Shown here: positions 8,619 through 18,366 of the stretch, one piece after another | How positions within the stretch are numbered: position 1 is the stretch's first letter | How the letters are laid out: every line of letters begins with the position of its first letter | DNA from: Roseibium sp. | GTDB lineage: Bacteria; Pseudomonadota; Alphaproteobacteria; Rhizobiales; Stappiaceae | Reading direction: 5' to 3' | Length of the DNA stretch: 64,000 nt | Assembly (NCBI RefSeq): GCF_050301095.1 | Contig: NZ_JBNKYW010000267.1 | Span: 37,590 to 101,589 of the forward strand | Position numbers and translations under genes: made by a program | Notes under the pieces: generated by a model | What the model saw: only the letters and a program-made list of their open reading frames with translations | Databases searched by the model: none | What the model was told of the DNA's origin: nothing

Positions 8619-9791
8619 ATGCCATCACCCGACCGCGCATCGGTCCGCCTTGCCATCGGCGGCCTTTTTTCACTTGCTGCTGCCATGGGCATCGGCCGTT
8701 TCGTCTATACGCCGATCCTGCCCTTCATGAGCGAGGGGCTCGGCCTGACGGCACAACAGGCCGGTCTGATCGCAGCCTCGAATTTCATCGGCTATCTCGT
8801 CGGGGCGCTTGCCGGTGCCTCGAAGTCCCTGCCCGGCTCACCGCGTTTCTGGTTCCTCGGCGGCCTGCTTGTCAGCGCGCTGACGAGTGCATTCATGGCA
8901 CTGACCGTGTCGGTGCCGGCCTTTCTCCTGATCCGTTTCATCAGCGGCCTCGCCAGCGCCTTCGTGCTGGTCTTTTCCACATCCCTGATCCTGGAAAGAC
9001 TGGCTTCGCGCGGCCACCCCGGCCTGTCCGCGCTGCATTTTGCCGGCGTCGGCTGCGGCATCGCCTTCTCCGCCCTGCTTGTTGCCGGTCTGGACCACCT
9101 GTCCACGGACTGGAGAACACTTTGGCTGGCGAGCGGAGCGGCAACGCTGCTGTTCCTGATGCTGACCGCCGCGCTGGTGCCCGGACAGCCGGCAACGGTA
9201 ACCGCTGCCCCCACCGTTTCCACATCGCAGCCGCCCGGACCAAGGCTGTTCAATGGCAGCCTGATACGCCTGACAGTCGCCTACGGTCTGTTCGGCTTCG
9301 GCTATGTGATTACGGCGACCTTCGTCTCGGCGATCGCGCGTACCACGCCCGCGATCCGTTCAACCGAAGGACTTGTCTGGCTCACGGTCGGGATTTGCGC
9401 CGCCCCCTCCGTCGTTCTCTGGAACAGGATCGCCTTGCGGAAAGGCACGCGGAAGGCCTTCGCCCTGGCCTGTCTTCTGGAAGCCTTTGGTGTCGCCCTG
9501 ACCGCCGTCACCACATCGCCGGCCCTGTTCCTCCTGGGCGCGGGCCTTCTGGGGGCAACCTTCGTGGGCATCACGGCCCTCGGCCTGACGGAGGCGCGGC
9601 TGTTGGCGCGTGCCGGAGGTCCGACGGCAACCCGGCAGGTTCTCGCGTTCCTGACAGCCAGTTTCGGCGTCGGCCAGGTGGCCGGCCCCTGGTTTGCGGG
9701 ACAGCTCCATCACATGACGGGATCGTTTCAGGCTGCTTCTCTTGCCGCGGGGGCGGCACTGCTTGTTGCCGCCCTGCTTGTGGTGCGCTAG
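8619..9791 (+). CDS. MFS transporter, YbfB/YjiJ-like
   Basis: 12-TM-like hydrophobic profile. The N-terminus (RLAIGGLFSLAAAMGIGRFVYTPILPFM) is typical of the YbfB/YjiJ subfamily. The ATG at 8619 is preferred within ORF 8523..9791. Confidence 0.78.
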   Translation: MPSPDRASVRLAIGGLFSLAAAMGIGRFVYTPILPFMSEGLGLTAQQAGLIAASNFIGYLVGALAGASKSLPGSPRFWFLGGLLVSALTSAFMALTVSVPAFLLIRFISGLASAFVLVFSTSLILERLASRGHPGLSALHFAGVGCGIAFSALLVAGLDHLSTDWRTLWLASGAATLLFLMLTAALVPGQPATVTAAPTVSTSQPPGPRLFNGSLIRLTVAYGLFGFGYVITATFVSAIARTTPAIRSTEGLVWLTVGICAAPSVVLWNRIALRKGTRKAFALACLLEAFGVALTAVTTSPALFLLGAGLLGATFVGITALGLTEARLLARAGGPTATRQVLAFLTASFGVGQVAGPWFAGQLHHMTGSFQAASLAAGAALLVAALLVVR

Positions 9792-9806
9792 CCGCTCCAA
9801 AGCCGC

Positions 9807-10664
9807 TTATGCGTAAGCGAAATCCCAGTAGAGGTCGCGCGCGCGTGCCGCGATCGGTCCCGGTTGCAGGTCCCTGTCCTCGATGCGCTTGACCGGCGTG
9901 ACCTTGTTGTAGTTGCCGGTGGAGAAGATCTCGTCGGCTTCGAGGAATTCGTCGTATTCCATCGCCCGCTCGAAGACATCGTAACCGGCAGACTTCAGGA
10001 GTTGAATGACGCGCTGGCGGGTAATTCCGTTCAGGAAGGTCCCATTGGGAACCGGCGTATGCACCTTGCCATCCTTGGCCATGAAGATATTGGCCGAGGT
10101 CAACTCCGCAACGTTGCCGAGCATGTCGCGGACAACCGCATTGTCAAACCCCCGTCCCTTGGCTTCCAGCATGGCCCGGGCATTGTTCGGATAGAGACAG
10201 CCGGCCTTTGCATTGACCGGCATGCATTCCATGGTCGGACGTCTGTAAGGGGAAAGCGTGATGCTCATGGCCGCATCCTTCGGCGCCATGGGGGCATCGA
10301 ACAGGCAAAGACAGAAGCGGGTGCTTTCCGGATCGCCGACGATGATGCCGGGACCATCCCCTTCCACCCAGTACATCGGCTTCACGTAGATCTGCTGATC
10401 ACTCTTGAACCGGGCGCAGCCTTCCCGCGTCAGCTCGACCATTTCGCCGACCTGCATCGTCGGCTTCATGCCCAGCGCCACGGCGGAATCGTTGACGCGC
10501 TGGCAGTGCAGGTCGATGTCCGGCATTACGCCATCGAAGAACCGGCCGCCGTCAAAAACGCTCGACCCGAGCCAGGATGCGTGGGTGCGCGGCCCCATGA
10601 TCGGTGGATTGCCCTCATGCCAGTTCCCGTCAATCCAGGTCCAGGTGTCGCTCCATCCGCTCAT
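9807..10664 (-). CDS. Class IV (branched-chain amino acid / D-amino acid) aminotransferase
   Basis: 286 aa from the ATG at 10664 (MSGWSDTWTWIDGNW). Fold-type IV pattern includes GLGAKAGCLYPN-like and ELTSANIF segments. Confidence 0.82.
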   Translation of the reverse strand: MSGWSDTWTWIDGNWHEGNPPIMGPRTHASWLGSSVFDGGRFFDGVMPDIDLHCQRVNDSAVALGMKPTMQVGEMVELTREGCARFKSDQQIYVKPMYWVEGDGPGIIVGDPESTRFCLCLFDAPMAPKDAAMSITLSPYRRPTMECMPVNAKAGCLYPNNARAMLEAKGRGFDNAVVRDMLGNVAELTSANIFMAKDGKVHTPVPNGTFLNGITRQRVIQLLKSAGYDVFERAMEYDEFLEADEIFSTGNYNKVTPVKRIEDRDLQPGPIAARARDLYWDFAYA

Positions 10665-10934
10665 GTCTCTTCCCTTTTGAGTTCCGCCAATCAGCAGTTT
10701 GTTGCCCCGACACAACACCCGCAAATGCCCAAGGTCAATAGCTTACCGCAGTAATCGAGAAAGTTGCTTGCTTTCTTCCCGTTTTTCCGCAGAGAGTAGT
10801 TCAAATCTTTCTGCTTGCCCCAAAACTCAAATGAAATATTTCTCACCCGGCTGCGAATACCCCCTCCTCACCGGTTGACACATCACAGCATTTGTTCCCT
10901 ATATGTTCCTTTCTTTTCATATGGGAGATCAGCA

Positions 10935-11369
10935 ATGGAACAGCGAATTTCGATGACCACTCTCGTCGTTCCGGATGTTGCCGAGGCCAGGCGTTTCTTC
11001 GAATCCGGACTGGGCTGGCAGCTCAATGCAGCTCCCTCACCGGACGTTGCCTTTTATCAGGTGCCGGGCGGTGTCTTTGCCCTCTACCGGCGCGACTCGC
11101 TTGCCGGGGAAATCGGCCGCGATGTAACGGAGGCCCCCACCGGTGCCGTCACGCTTGCCTGGAACGCACGCTCGGAAGAAGAGGTCGACGCGACCTTTAG
11201 CGAAGCCCTGGCGGCCGGTGCAAAAGCGGTCAAACAGCCCGAAAAGGCCTTTTGGGGCGGTTACTCATCCTATGTGGAAGTGCCGGGCGGCCACCTTCTG
11301 GAGATTGCCTACAACCCCTTCTGGACGGTGGAAAACGACGGTTCGGTTACATTGCCGGTGCCCGGCTGA
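10935..11369 (+). CDS. VOC (glyoxalase/bleomycin-resistance/dioxygenase) family protein
   Basis: From the ATG at 10935 (MEQRISMTTLVVPDVAEARRFFE...). Ends with GGHLLEIAYNPFW, typical of VOC beta-alpha-beta-beta-beta modules. Confidence 0.75.
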   Translation: MEQRISMTTLVVPDVAEARRFFESGLGWQLNAAPSPDVAFYQVPGGVFALYRRDSLAGEIGRDVTEAPTGAVTLAWNARSEEEVDATFSEALAAGAKAVKQPEKAFWGGYSSYVEVPGGHLLEIAYNPFWTVENDGSVTLPVPG

Positions 11370-11601
11370 CCCCGCTCAGGGTCTTGCCGGCCAACACAAA
11401 AGGCGATTGCTGCCCCTGACGGCGCTTGACGCAGAAGCCGCCACGCTATTCTCTTCCGCAGGAAGACCGGCCTTGCCACCGCTTTGCCGATCAGCTACGG
11501 AACCGCAACACCGGCCTGTTGCAACATTCCGCCCGCCGCCCCCGCGCGGATGCTCGAAGAGCCCTGAATGCTTGGCAATACCAGAGAATGGAGATCTGAA
11601 C

Positions 11602-12264
11602 ATGGCGCATGCCGCTTTTGTGTTCGATGCGTATGGCACCTTGTTTGACGTTCACGCCGCAGTCCGCAAGCACGCAGCCAAACTGGGGCCGGACGCACAG
11701 CGCCTCTCCTCGCTCTGGCGGGAAAAGCAGCTCGAGTATTCCTGGGTTCGGGCCCTGATGGGCCAGTACAAGGACTTTTGGGAACTGACCCAGCAAGGCC
11801 TGGACACGGCTTTCGCACTCGTCCCGAGTGCCGACAAATCCCTGCGGGACGATCTTCTGAGCGCATACTGGGAGCTCGATTGCTATCCGGAAGTGCCGCA
11901 GGTTCTGACCAACCTGAAGGCAAGCGGCGCCAAGATCGCCATTCTTTCCAACGGATCCCCGGCCATGCTGGAGGCCGCCGCGAAGGCGTCCGGCCTGACC
12001 GAGCTTTTCGACGAGATCTTCTCCGTGGACGAGTTGAAGACCTTCAAGACCGATCCCCAGGTTTATGAGATGGTGACCACCCATTTCCGCATTTATCCGG
12101 AAGAAGTCTCCTTCCAGTCTTCGAACCGTTGGGACATCGCCGGCGCCACGGCCTTCGGATTCCGCACTGTCTGGATGAACCGCACGGGCCTTCCGGACGA
12201 ATATCTCGACCTTGCTCCCAAGGCGGTTCTGGCGGACCTCAACGGTCTGGCAACGCTCGCCTGA
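11602..12264 (+). CDS. Haloacid dehalogenase type II (L-2-haloacid dehalogenase family, HAD superfamily)
   Basis: The start MAHAAFVFDAYGTLFDV carries the HAD nucleophile motif DxYGT. Later come ILSNG and SSNRWDIAGA motifs. The ATG at 11602 lies within the longer ORF 11143..12264. Confidence 0.85.
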   Translation: MAHAAFVFDAYGTLFDVHAAVRKHAAKLGPDAQRLSSLWREKQLEYSWVRALMGQYKDFWELTQQGLDTAFALVPSADKSLRDDLLSAYWELDCYPEVPQVLTNLKASGAKIAILSNGSPAMLEAAAKASGLTELFDEIFSVDELKTFKTDPQVYEMVTTHFRIYPEEVSFQSSNRWDIAGATAFGFRTVWMNRTGLPDEYLDLAPKAVLADLNGLATLA

Positions 12265-12323
12265 CAATCCGGAACAGCGTTGTCCGGAACATCGTTCCGG
12301 GTGGACATTCATAGGACTTTGAA

Positions 12324-12358
12324 CCCGCGGCAGGGACGACCTGCCGCGGGTTTCGCAT
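12324..12358 (+). terminator. Rho-independent terminator
   Basis: Perfect 11-bp stem cccgcggcagg / cctgccgcggg (12324-12334 / 12340-12350), 5-nt loop, then a T-rich tract tttcgcatttcttt. Confidence 0.65.
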
Positions 12359-12631
12359 TTCTTTCCGTATTTTTGACAATTAGTTTCATTGTTTCTGAAT
12401 TAGAAAAACAGTTTTACACCCAACGGAAGCTTGCGGTATTTTTCAAGTATAATAATCTCGATCGAGGTTGGGAGGAAAGACGGGCTAAACGTTTCGTTTA
12501 TATCACGTAGAGTTTGGCATTATACTAAAGTAGTATTATGCTCATGAACAGCTTGCTATGAACGCAAAACAGAGGATCGAATTCCATATATCGGCCCGAA
12601 CTTTTCCTCTCTTACCTATTGGGAGGAGAAC

Positions 12632-13738
12632 ATGTCTAAACTTAATACACGCAGAGAAGCACTTCGAAAAATTGCGGGTGTAGGAGCGGCCGGCGCTGCA
12701 ACCCTGGCCGCGCCTCATATTGCCTCTGCCCAGGGCCAGACCACGACCTGGAAAATCCAGACGTCATGGCCAGGTGGCGCAGGTCTGCAGATCTTCAAGG
12801 ACTGGTGCGCAACCATTGTCGAGAAGACTGGTGGGGAACTGGCTTTCCAGCCCTTCGGCGCAAACGATGTCGTTGGCGATTTCCAGCTCTACGATGCCGT
12901 GAAGAACGGCGTGCTCGACGCGGTGAACCCCTTCACCATCTATGCGCAGGGCATCATCCCGGCCGCCACGTTCCTGACCAGCTATCCGCTCGGCATGCGG
13001 AACCCGCACGAATGGGATGTGTTCTATTATTCGCTCGGCGGTCTTGAAATCACCCGTGAACTCTATGCGGCACAGAACATGATGTTCGTCGGTCCGGTTC
13101 ATCACGGTCCGAACATTATCCACTCCAAGGTGCCGATCCGCTCAATCGACGACTTCCGGGGCCGCAAGATGCGCCTGCCGGGCGGCATGGTCGCCGAAGT
13201 CTTCACCGAAATCGGTGCGGAAACCACCGTGCTTCCGGGGTCGGAAATCTTCCCTGCCCTTGAAAAGGGAACCATTGACGTTGCCGATTACGTCGGTCCA
13301 GCGGTGAATTATGCCCTCGGCTTCAGCCAGGTAACCAAATACATCTCCATGGGCCCTCCGGGCTTCATGTCCCTGTACCAGCCGGTCGACTTGATGGACA
13401 TCACGGTCGGCATGGATGCCTGGAACGCTCTCAGCCCGCAAATGCGGCAGTTCGTCGAAATGGAAACGCATGTCTATTCCGACGCCCATCATGCGGCAAT
13501 CCAGAAGGCGGACCAGGATGCCTGGGCCAAATTCGAGGCGGATGGCACGGAGATCACACGCCTCAGCCAGGACGACGTCGAACTGATGACAGAAGTGGCC
13601 GTCCCCATCTGGTTCAAATATGCGAACCGGGACAAGGACAGTGCACGTATCTTCAAGATTCAGCTCGACTACATGATGTCCGGTTCGCTCGGTTACGTCA
13701 CGCCGGAACAAATCGAGGGTCTGAATCTCGACCTTTGA
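12632..13738 (+). CDS. dctP: TRAP transporter substrate-binding protein (DctP family) with a Tat signal
   Basis: 368 aa with a twin-arginine signal (TRREALRKIAGVGAAGAATLAAPHIASA) and a DctP-type body. It lies upstream of the DctQ and DctM genes. Confidence 0.88.
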   Translation: MSKLNTRREALRKIAGVGAAGAATLAAPHIASAQGQTTTWKIQTSWPGGAGLQIFKDWCATIVEKTGGELAFQPFGANDVVGDFQLYDAVKNGVLDAVNPFTIYAQGIIPAATFLTSYPLGMRNPHEWDVFYYSLGGLEITRELYAAQNMMFVGPVHHGPNIIHSKVPIRSIDDFRGRKMRLPGGMVAEVFTEIGAETTVLPGSEIFPALEKGTIDVADYVGPAVNYALGFSQVTKYISMGPPGFMSLYQPVDLMDITVGMDAWNALSPQMRQFVEMETHVYSDAHHAAIQKADQDAWAKFEADGTEITRLSQDDVELMTEVAVPIWFKYANRDKDSARIFKIQLDYMMSGSLGYVTPEQIEGLNLDL

Positions 13739-13759
13739 GCGACCGGCATCACCGGACTG

Positions 13760-13789
13760 CAGACCCGCGCAAAATGTTGCGCGGGTCTG
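13760..13789 (+). terminator. Intercistronic hairpin between dctP and dctQ (partial terminator or mRNA stabiliser)
   Basis: Perfect 12-bp stem cagacccgcgca / tgcgcgggtctg with a 6-nt loop, 22 nt after the dctP stop. The T tract is weak (ttcgat). Confidence 0.45.
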
Positions 13790-13927
13790 TTCGATATCAA
13801 CCGGGGTCACGAACATGCACCCGATTTCAGTACGGTACGGTTCGGTTCGCTTCGGAAAACCGGCACCGTTGGCACGCCCCGGCCGGAACGTAAATCGCGC
13901 TCCTGTAGCCCCATGGAAGGATGAGGC

Positions 13928-15250
13928 ATGCCTCAGTTGGACTTCACACTGCCGCACTGGGCCTATTGGCTCGGTCTGATCGTTTTTCCGATCATTGCGG
14001 CAACGCTGGCAAGACGGCCCAAGCCAAAGGAACGCCGTTATTTCCTGGCACTCGGTTACTTCATCCTTGTAACCGGCGGTATTCTGGGCCTTCACAGGCT
14101 GTACCTGAAAAGCCTGATCGGCCTTCTTTATATCCCCGTTTTCATCTGCATTCTGTTTGCGAACTCTCAGGGCCACGATGCCCGTTCGGTCGTCTCGGAC
14201 ATGTCCAACCTAGTCCGGCAGGCCGAGCGCACTCTCGAGCGGGAAACGGAACGGGTCGCCAGCGCAGAAAAAGAGCTGCCGGCCATGCGCCAGAAACTGA
14301 CGGAAGCGGAAGATGGCAGCTTCGCCAAACGGCGTGCCGAGCGTGACGTCAAACGGGCAGAGCAGCGGATCGAACAGGGCACCAGTCGGATCCAGGAAGC
14401 CGAGGCCTCGCTTGAAACCGCCAGGCCCGCTGAAGAAAAGGCTCTAGACGACCTGCGGTTCTGGAACAACGTCGGAAAATACGCCTTCTGGCTGTTGCTG
14501 GCCGGCGTTCTGATCGATGCGGTTCTGCTGCCCGGCCTTGTGCGCAAGTCCAACCGGAACCTCCCGCCGGATCCCGAACTCAGCGAAGCAGAGAAAAAGC
14601 TCAAGGCAATCGAGGACGCAGAGCGCAAGGACGATGCAAGTCACGTCTCGACCGGCTGGACGGGCTGGATCGACAGGTTGTCGCTCATGTGCGGTGAATT
14701 CGTCAGCTACTGGGCCGTAATCGCGGTGATTGTCTACTACTTCGAGGTCATGAGCCGTTATGTCTTCGGCAGCCCGACCAACTGGGCGCATGAGGCCATG
14801 TATCTCATGTTCGGCATGCAGTATCTGATCGCAGGTTCCTACGCCATGCTGACCGAGGCTCATGTGCGCGTTGATATCTTCTACGCCCCGCTGTCACGGC
14901 GGCGAAAGGCTGTCGTCGATCTGCTGACATCGGTGTTCTTCTTCATCTTTGCCGGAACCCTGCTGGTCACTTCCTGGGTCTTTGCCTTCGACGCCATCGC
15001 CGTTCCCTCGGGCAATGCACTTGTGTCCGACTGGGCGCGCGGAGAGATCGGCTTCGTCGAGATGCTGGGCAACTGGAACCTGTCGCAATGGAGCGATCCG
15101 AACATCCGCTGGGGGGAAATCAGCTTCAACGAATGGGAAGTGCCGCTGTGGCCGATGAAATGGGTCATGGTGCTGGGAGGCCTGCTCCTGGTGCTTCAGG
15201 GCATTTCGAAGTTTGCGCAAGACATTCGCGCATTGATGGGCAGGGCTTGA
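13928..15250 (+). CDS. dctQ: TRAP transporter small permease (DctQ) fused to an N-terminal TM2-like membrane module and a coiled-coil linker
   Basis: 440 aa. Residues ~245-440 are DctQ-like (4 TM). Residues ~10-95 have 2-3 TM segments with GGILGLHRLYLKS (TM2-domain-like G-x-H-R-x-Y). Residues ~100-230 are a charged heptad-like region. Confidence 0.8.
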   Translation: MPQLDFTLPHWAYWLGLIVFPIIAATLARRPKPKERRYFLALGYFILVTGGILGLHRLYLKSLIGLLYIPVFICILFANSQGHDARSVVSDMSNLVRQAERTLERETERVASAEKELPAMRQKLTEAEDGSFAKRRAERDVKRAEQRIEQGTSRIQEAEASLETARPAEEKALDDLRFWNNVGKYAFWLLLAGVLIDAVLLPGLVRKSNRNLPPDPELSEAEKKLKAIEDAERKDDASHVSTGWTGWIDRLSLMCGEFVSYWAVIAVIVYYFEVMSRYVFGSPTNWAHEAMYLMFGMQYLIAGSYAMLTEAHVRVDIFYAPLSRRRKAVVDLLTSVFFFIFAGTLLVTSWVFAFDAIAVPSGNALVSDWARGEIGFVEMLGNWNLSQWSDPNIRWGEISFNEWEVPLWPMKWVMVLGGLLLVLQGISKFAQDIRALMGRA

Positions 15251-15254
15251 ACTC

Positions 15255-16610
15255 ATGGGACTTGAAATCGGAATCGAGTGGCTCACACTCATCATGTTCG
15301 GCTCGCTGCTGGTCCTGCTCATGGCAGGCCTGCCGCTCGCCTTTGTCACGGGCGGTCTTGCATGCGTGTTCCTGTTCGTCCTTGGCGACGAGCGGGCTCT
15401 CAACATCGTGCCGTCGCGAATCTTTCCGCTGATGACCAACTACCAGCTCTCGGCGATCCCGCTCTTCATCTTCATGGCGTCGATGCTGGAACGGGCGGGC
15501 ATCATCAACGAGATGTTCGACGTCATCTATAAGGTGCTCGGCGGCGTCAAGGGCGGCCTTGCGGCGGCAACGATCATCGCCTCCACGGTCCTCGCGGCCA
15601 TGGTCGGCGTGATCGGGGCGGCGGTTGTCACCATGGGCATCATCGCCCTGCCTGCCATGCTGAAACGGGGCTACGACCCCAAGATTGCCATGGGCTCCAT
15701 CATGGCCGGCGGCACGCTCGGCATCCTGATCCCGCCCTCCATCCTGGCGATCATCTACGCGGTGGTGGCCGAACAATCCGTCGGCGAGCTCTTTATCGGC
15801 GCGGTGATCCCGGGCCTGCTGCTCTCGGGACTTTATGTCGTCTACGTGATCGTGAGCTGCACCATCGACCCCAAGAAGGGCCCGCCCATCCCGGAGGAAG
15901 AACGTATTCCCTTCGGAGAAAAGATCCGCCTGATGTCGAACATGTCAGCCCCGATCGCACTTATCGCGATCGTGCTCGGTGTGATCTTCACCGGCGTCGC
16001 GACACCGGTCGAGGCGGCAGGTATCGGCACGTTCGGCGCCATTGTGGTTGCCGCCATTCACCGGAACCTCGACTGGCAGACCTTGAGGGAGGCTTCTCTG
16101 ACCACTTTGAAAGCCTCCGCCATGGTTATCTGGATCATGTTCGGCGCAACGATCTTCGTTGGTCTCTATGTCCTGGAAGGCGGGCAGCAGTTCGTGCAAG
16201 GGGCGCTGGAAGCGACGGGACTTGGCCCCTGGGGCATTCTGATCATCATGCAGATCGTCCTCATCATCCTCGGCATGTTCCTGGACTGGGTGGGCATCCT
16301 GCTTTTGTGCGTGCCGATCTTCGTGCCGATCATCAAGGCCCTCGGAGCTCAGGCCTTTGGACTTGAAAGCCCGGACGACCTGGTGCTCTGGTTCGGAGTG
16401 CTTTACCTGGTCAACATGCAGATGAGCTTCCTGTCGCCGCCCTTCGGCTATGCGCTGTTCTACCTGCGCGGCGTGGCTCCGGCCGATATCCCGATGACGG
16501 ATATCTTCAAGTCGGCGCTGCCTTTCCTGGCACTCCAGATCCTCGGGCTGCTGCTGTGCATGCTGTTCCCGGAACTGATCACCTGGTTGCCGAACCTGGT
16601 TTACGGCTAG
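15255..16610 (+). CDS. dctM: TRAP transporter large permease (DctM)
   Basis: 451 aa, polytopic, with a typical DctM sequence. It starts 5 nt after the dctQ stop. Confidence 0.92.
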   Translation: MGLEIGIEWLTLIMFGSLLVLLMAGLPLAFVTGGLACVFLFVLGDERALNIVPSRIFPLMTNYQLSAIPLFIFMASMLERAGIINEMFDVIYKVLGGVKGGLAAATIIASTVLAAMVGVIGAAVVTMGIIALPAMLKRGYDPKIAMGSIMAGGTLGILIPPSILAIIYAVVAEQSVGELFIGAVIPGLLLSGLYVVYVIVSCTIDPKKGPPIPEEERIPFGEKIRLMSNMSAPIALIAIVLGVIFTGVATPVEAAGIGTFGAIVVAAIHRNLDWQTLREASLTTLKASAMVIWIMFGATIFVGLYVLEGGQQFVQGALEATGLGPWGILIIMQIVLIILGMFLDWVGILLLCVPIFVPIIKALGAQAFGLESPDDLVLWFGVLYLVNMQMSFLSPPFGYALFYLRGVAPADIPMTDIFKSALPFLALQILGLLLCMLFPELITWLPNLVYG

Positions 16611-16624
16611 GGAACCCGGCAGAC

Positions 16625-16663
16625 AAAACGGCCGCGCCAAGTGGGACTGGCGCGGCCGTTTTC
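16625..16663 (+). terminator. Bidirectional rho-independent terminator between the convergent dctM and OMP genes
   Basis: 12-bp stem acggccgcgcca / tggcgcggccgt (16628-16639 / 16648-16659), flanked by AAAA upstream and TTTT downstream. Confidence 0.65.
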
Positions 16664-16707
16664 AGTCCCGGGCAGACGGGCCCGGTGACATTCAGGAAGC
16701 AATGGGC

Positions 16708-17427
16708 TCAGAACGATCGGGAAAGGCCGATCATCAGACGATGGTTTCCGGCCGTTCGCTCCGCGTTCGTACCACCGTATTTGGCCTTGTCGTTGACAAT
16801 GCCCTGGAGTGAATAGTCGGCGCGCACGTGCCAGGCATCGGTCACCGCCACTTCCAGACCCGCCCCTACGACAGGGTTGATCGAGACGGAATAGTTCTCC
16901 TTGCCATTCGCCTTCAGGGTGTGATCCGCCGCCACGATCCCGGCGCTCAGGTACGGCATGAAGGTGTTGATCGGCAGACCGACCCTGGCCTTGGCCCCCA
17001 CGCTCCATTTCGACCCGGTCTCTACGGCTCCGAGTGTCGGGTGCCTGCCCTTCTCCAGATTGCCGAGATAGGTCGCGCTTCCCTCGACACCGAGGACGAA
17101 GCGGGAGACTTCCCAGTTGTAACCGCCAAAGACCCCAAAGGCGGCATCCACCCTTGAAAAATCCTTCGACCTGCCACCCGACTTTACGTCCGTGACAGTC
17201 TGGGAAATCCCGGATTCCAGCCCCAGATACGGCCCGGCCCAGAGTGATTGGGGGTCGGACGCATAGACCGGCTCGCCGTAAGTGTCCAGGTCCGCGGCAC
17301 TCGCACCGACCACCAGCACTCCGAGAACGGCGAGCAATACCAGCGGCTCCAGCAGCCAATGGCTGCGCAGGATGCACCGCAGAAGGTTCGGGTGCTTACC
17401 GCGCCTTCCGGTCCCGGAGCGTTGCAT
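16708..17427 (-). CDS. Outer-membrane beta-barrel protein (Omp25/RopB/OmpA-like porin family)
   Basis: Signal peptide ending VGASAADL, alternating beta-strand pattern, Gly/Tyr-rich, and a C-terminal aromatic residue (MIGLSRSF). The start is uncertain: the ORF extends to 17508 and the ATG at 17427 was chosen. Confidence 0.7.
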   Translation of the reverse strand: MQRSGTGRRGKHPNLLRCILRSHWLLEPLVLLAVLGVLVVGASAADLDTYGEPVYASDPQSLWAGPYLGLESGISQTVTDVKSGGRSKDFSRVDAAFGVFGGYNWEVSRFVLGVEGSATYLGNLEKGRHPTLGAVETGSKWSVGAKARVGLPINTFMPYLSAGIVAADHTLKANGKENYSVSINPVVGAGLEVAVTDAWHVRADYSLQGIVNDKAKYGGTNAERTAGNHRLMIGLSRSF

Positions 17428-17761
17428 GGTGGAAAAATCATAATTGGCAAAAGAACTTACCATCACAGGTCTCACTTGAGTTTCGGCTATTTCCACGCTC
17501 AGCGACATTTATTTATTATCGCTAAACGATAATTTACAAAATGGCTACAATAATTTTTTTGTCAACCACTTTGTTTTCCCTTGAATCTGGACGCTCTCCG
17601 GAGTAGTCAGCTGGAAGTCCGTTTTCATCAGGATTGAACGGGCGCTATACGCGGACGCGTCGTTGGCCCGCTGGAAAGCCATCGGTTACCGGAAGCGCGA
17701 GAGGCTGGCCGGCGGCTTCCCGAACGGCGGTTCGTTTGAGGTCAGGACTGGAGAATTTCAC

Positions 17762-18343
17762 ATGACGGCTTCAGAAGCGGCGGACAGGGGCAAGCAGCTG
17801 ACTCGGATCCGCAGAGTTTCAGCGTTCATGAAATGGGCCGTAACGTTCATTCTGCTGATAAGTCTTGTGCTGGGCGTGGTCATCACCGTCGGCATTACCC
17901 TCCCGGCCGAAATGCTGATCGGCGCCGACGAAACGATTGACTTTGGCGAGACCGAGCGCCTGCTTGCCGAAATCCCGCAAATGCAACGCGTCGGCCTGTC
18001 TGTCCTGACGGCGATTGCCATCGGCATCCTTCTGGTGGCGGGCTGGAACATGCGCCAGGTTTTCAAACGCTTTCAGGACATGGAGTTCTTCGCACCGAAG
18101 ACCTTGGCAAACGTCATCGCCTTCGGCGTCTGGCTCATCGCCTTCGGGGTCTACGACCTCTTCAGCGATCCGATTGGATCACTGGTTCTTACCTACGACT
18201 ATCCTCCCGGGAAGCGGGCTCTGGACATCTCGATCGACGGGGGCGAGTTTTCGTTCCTGATCCTGGGTTCGTTGATGCTGTTGTTCGGCTGGATCTTGCG
18301 CGAAGCAGCACTGATAGCGGATGAAAACCGGCAATTCATCTAA
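17762..18343 (+). CDS. DUF2975-like 4-TM membrane protein (copy 1)
   Basis: The ATG at 17762 lies within ORF 17663..18343. Four hydrophobic segments. The C-terminal motif LLFGWILREAALIADENRQFI is shared with the next gene. Confidence 0.68.
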   Translation: MTASEAADRGKQLTRIRRVSAFMKWAVTFILLISLVLGVVITVGITLPAEMLIGADETIDFGETERLLAEIPQMQRVGLSVLTAIAIGILLVAGWNMRQVFKRFQDMEFFAPKTLANVIAFGVWLIAFGVYDLFSDPIGSLVLTYDYPPGKRALDISIDGGEFSFLILGSLMLLFGWILREAALIADENRQFI

Positions 18344-18366
18344 CAGCGGGAATAGGACACCTGGAA

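Noticed and set aside
12280-12510. A 76-aa ORF in the AT-rich region upstream of dctP.
   Set aside because: It starts inside the dehalogenase terminator and runs through promoter-like AT-rich DNA. It has no coding features.
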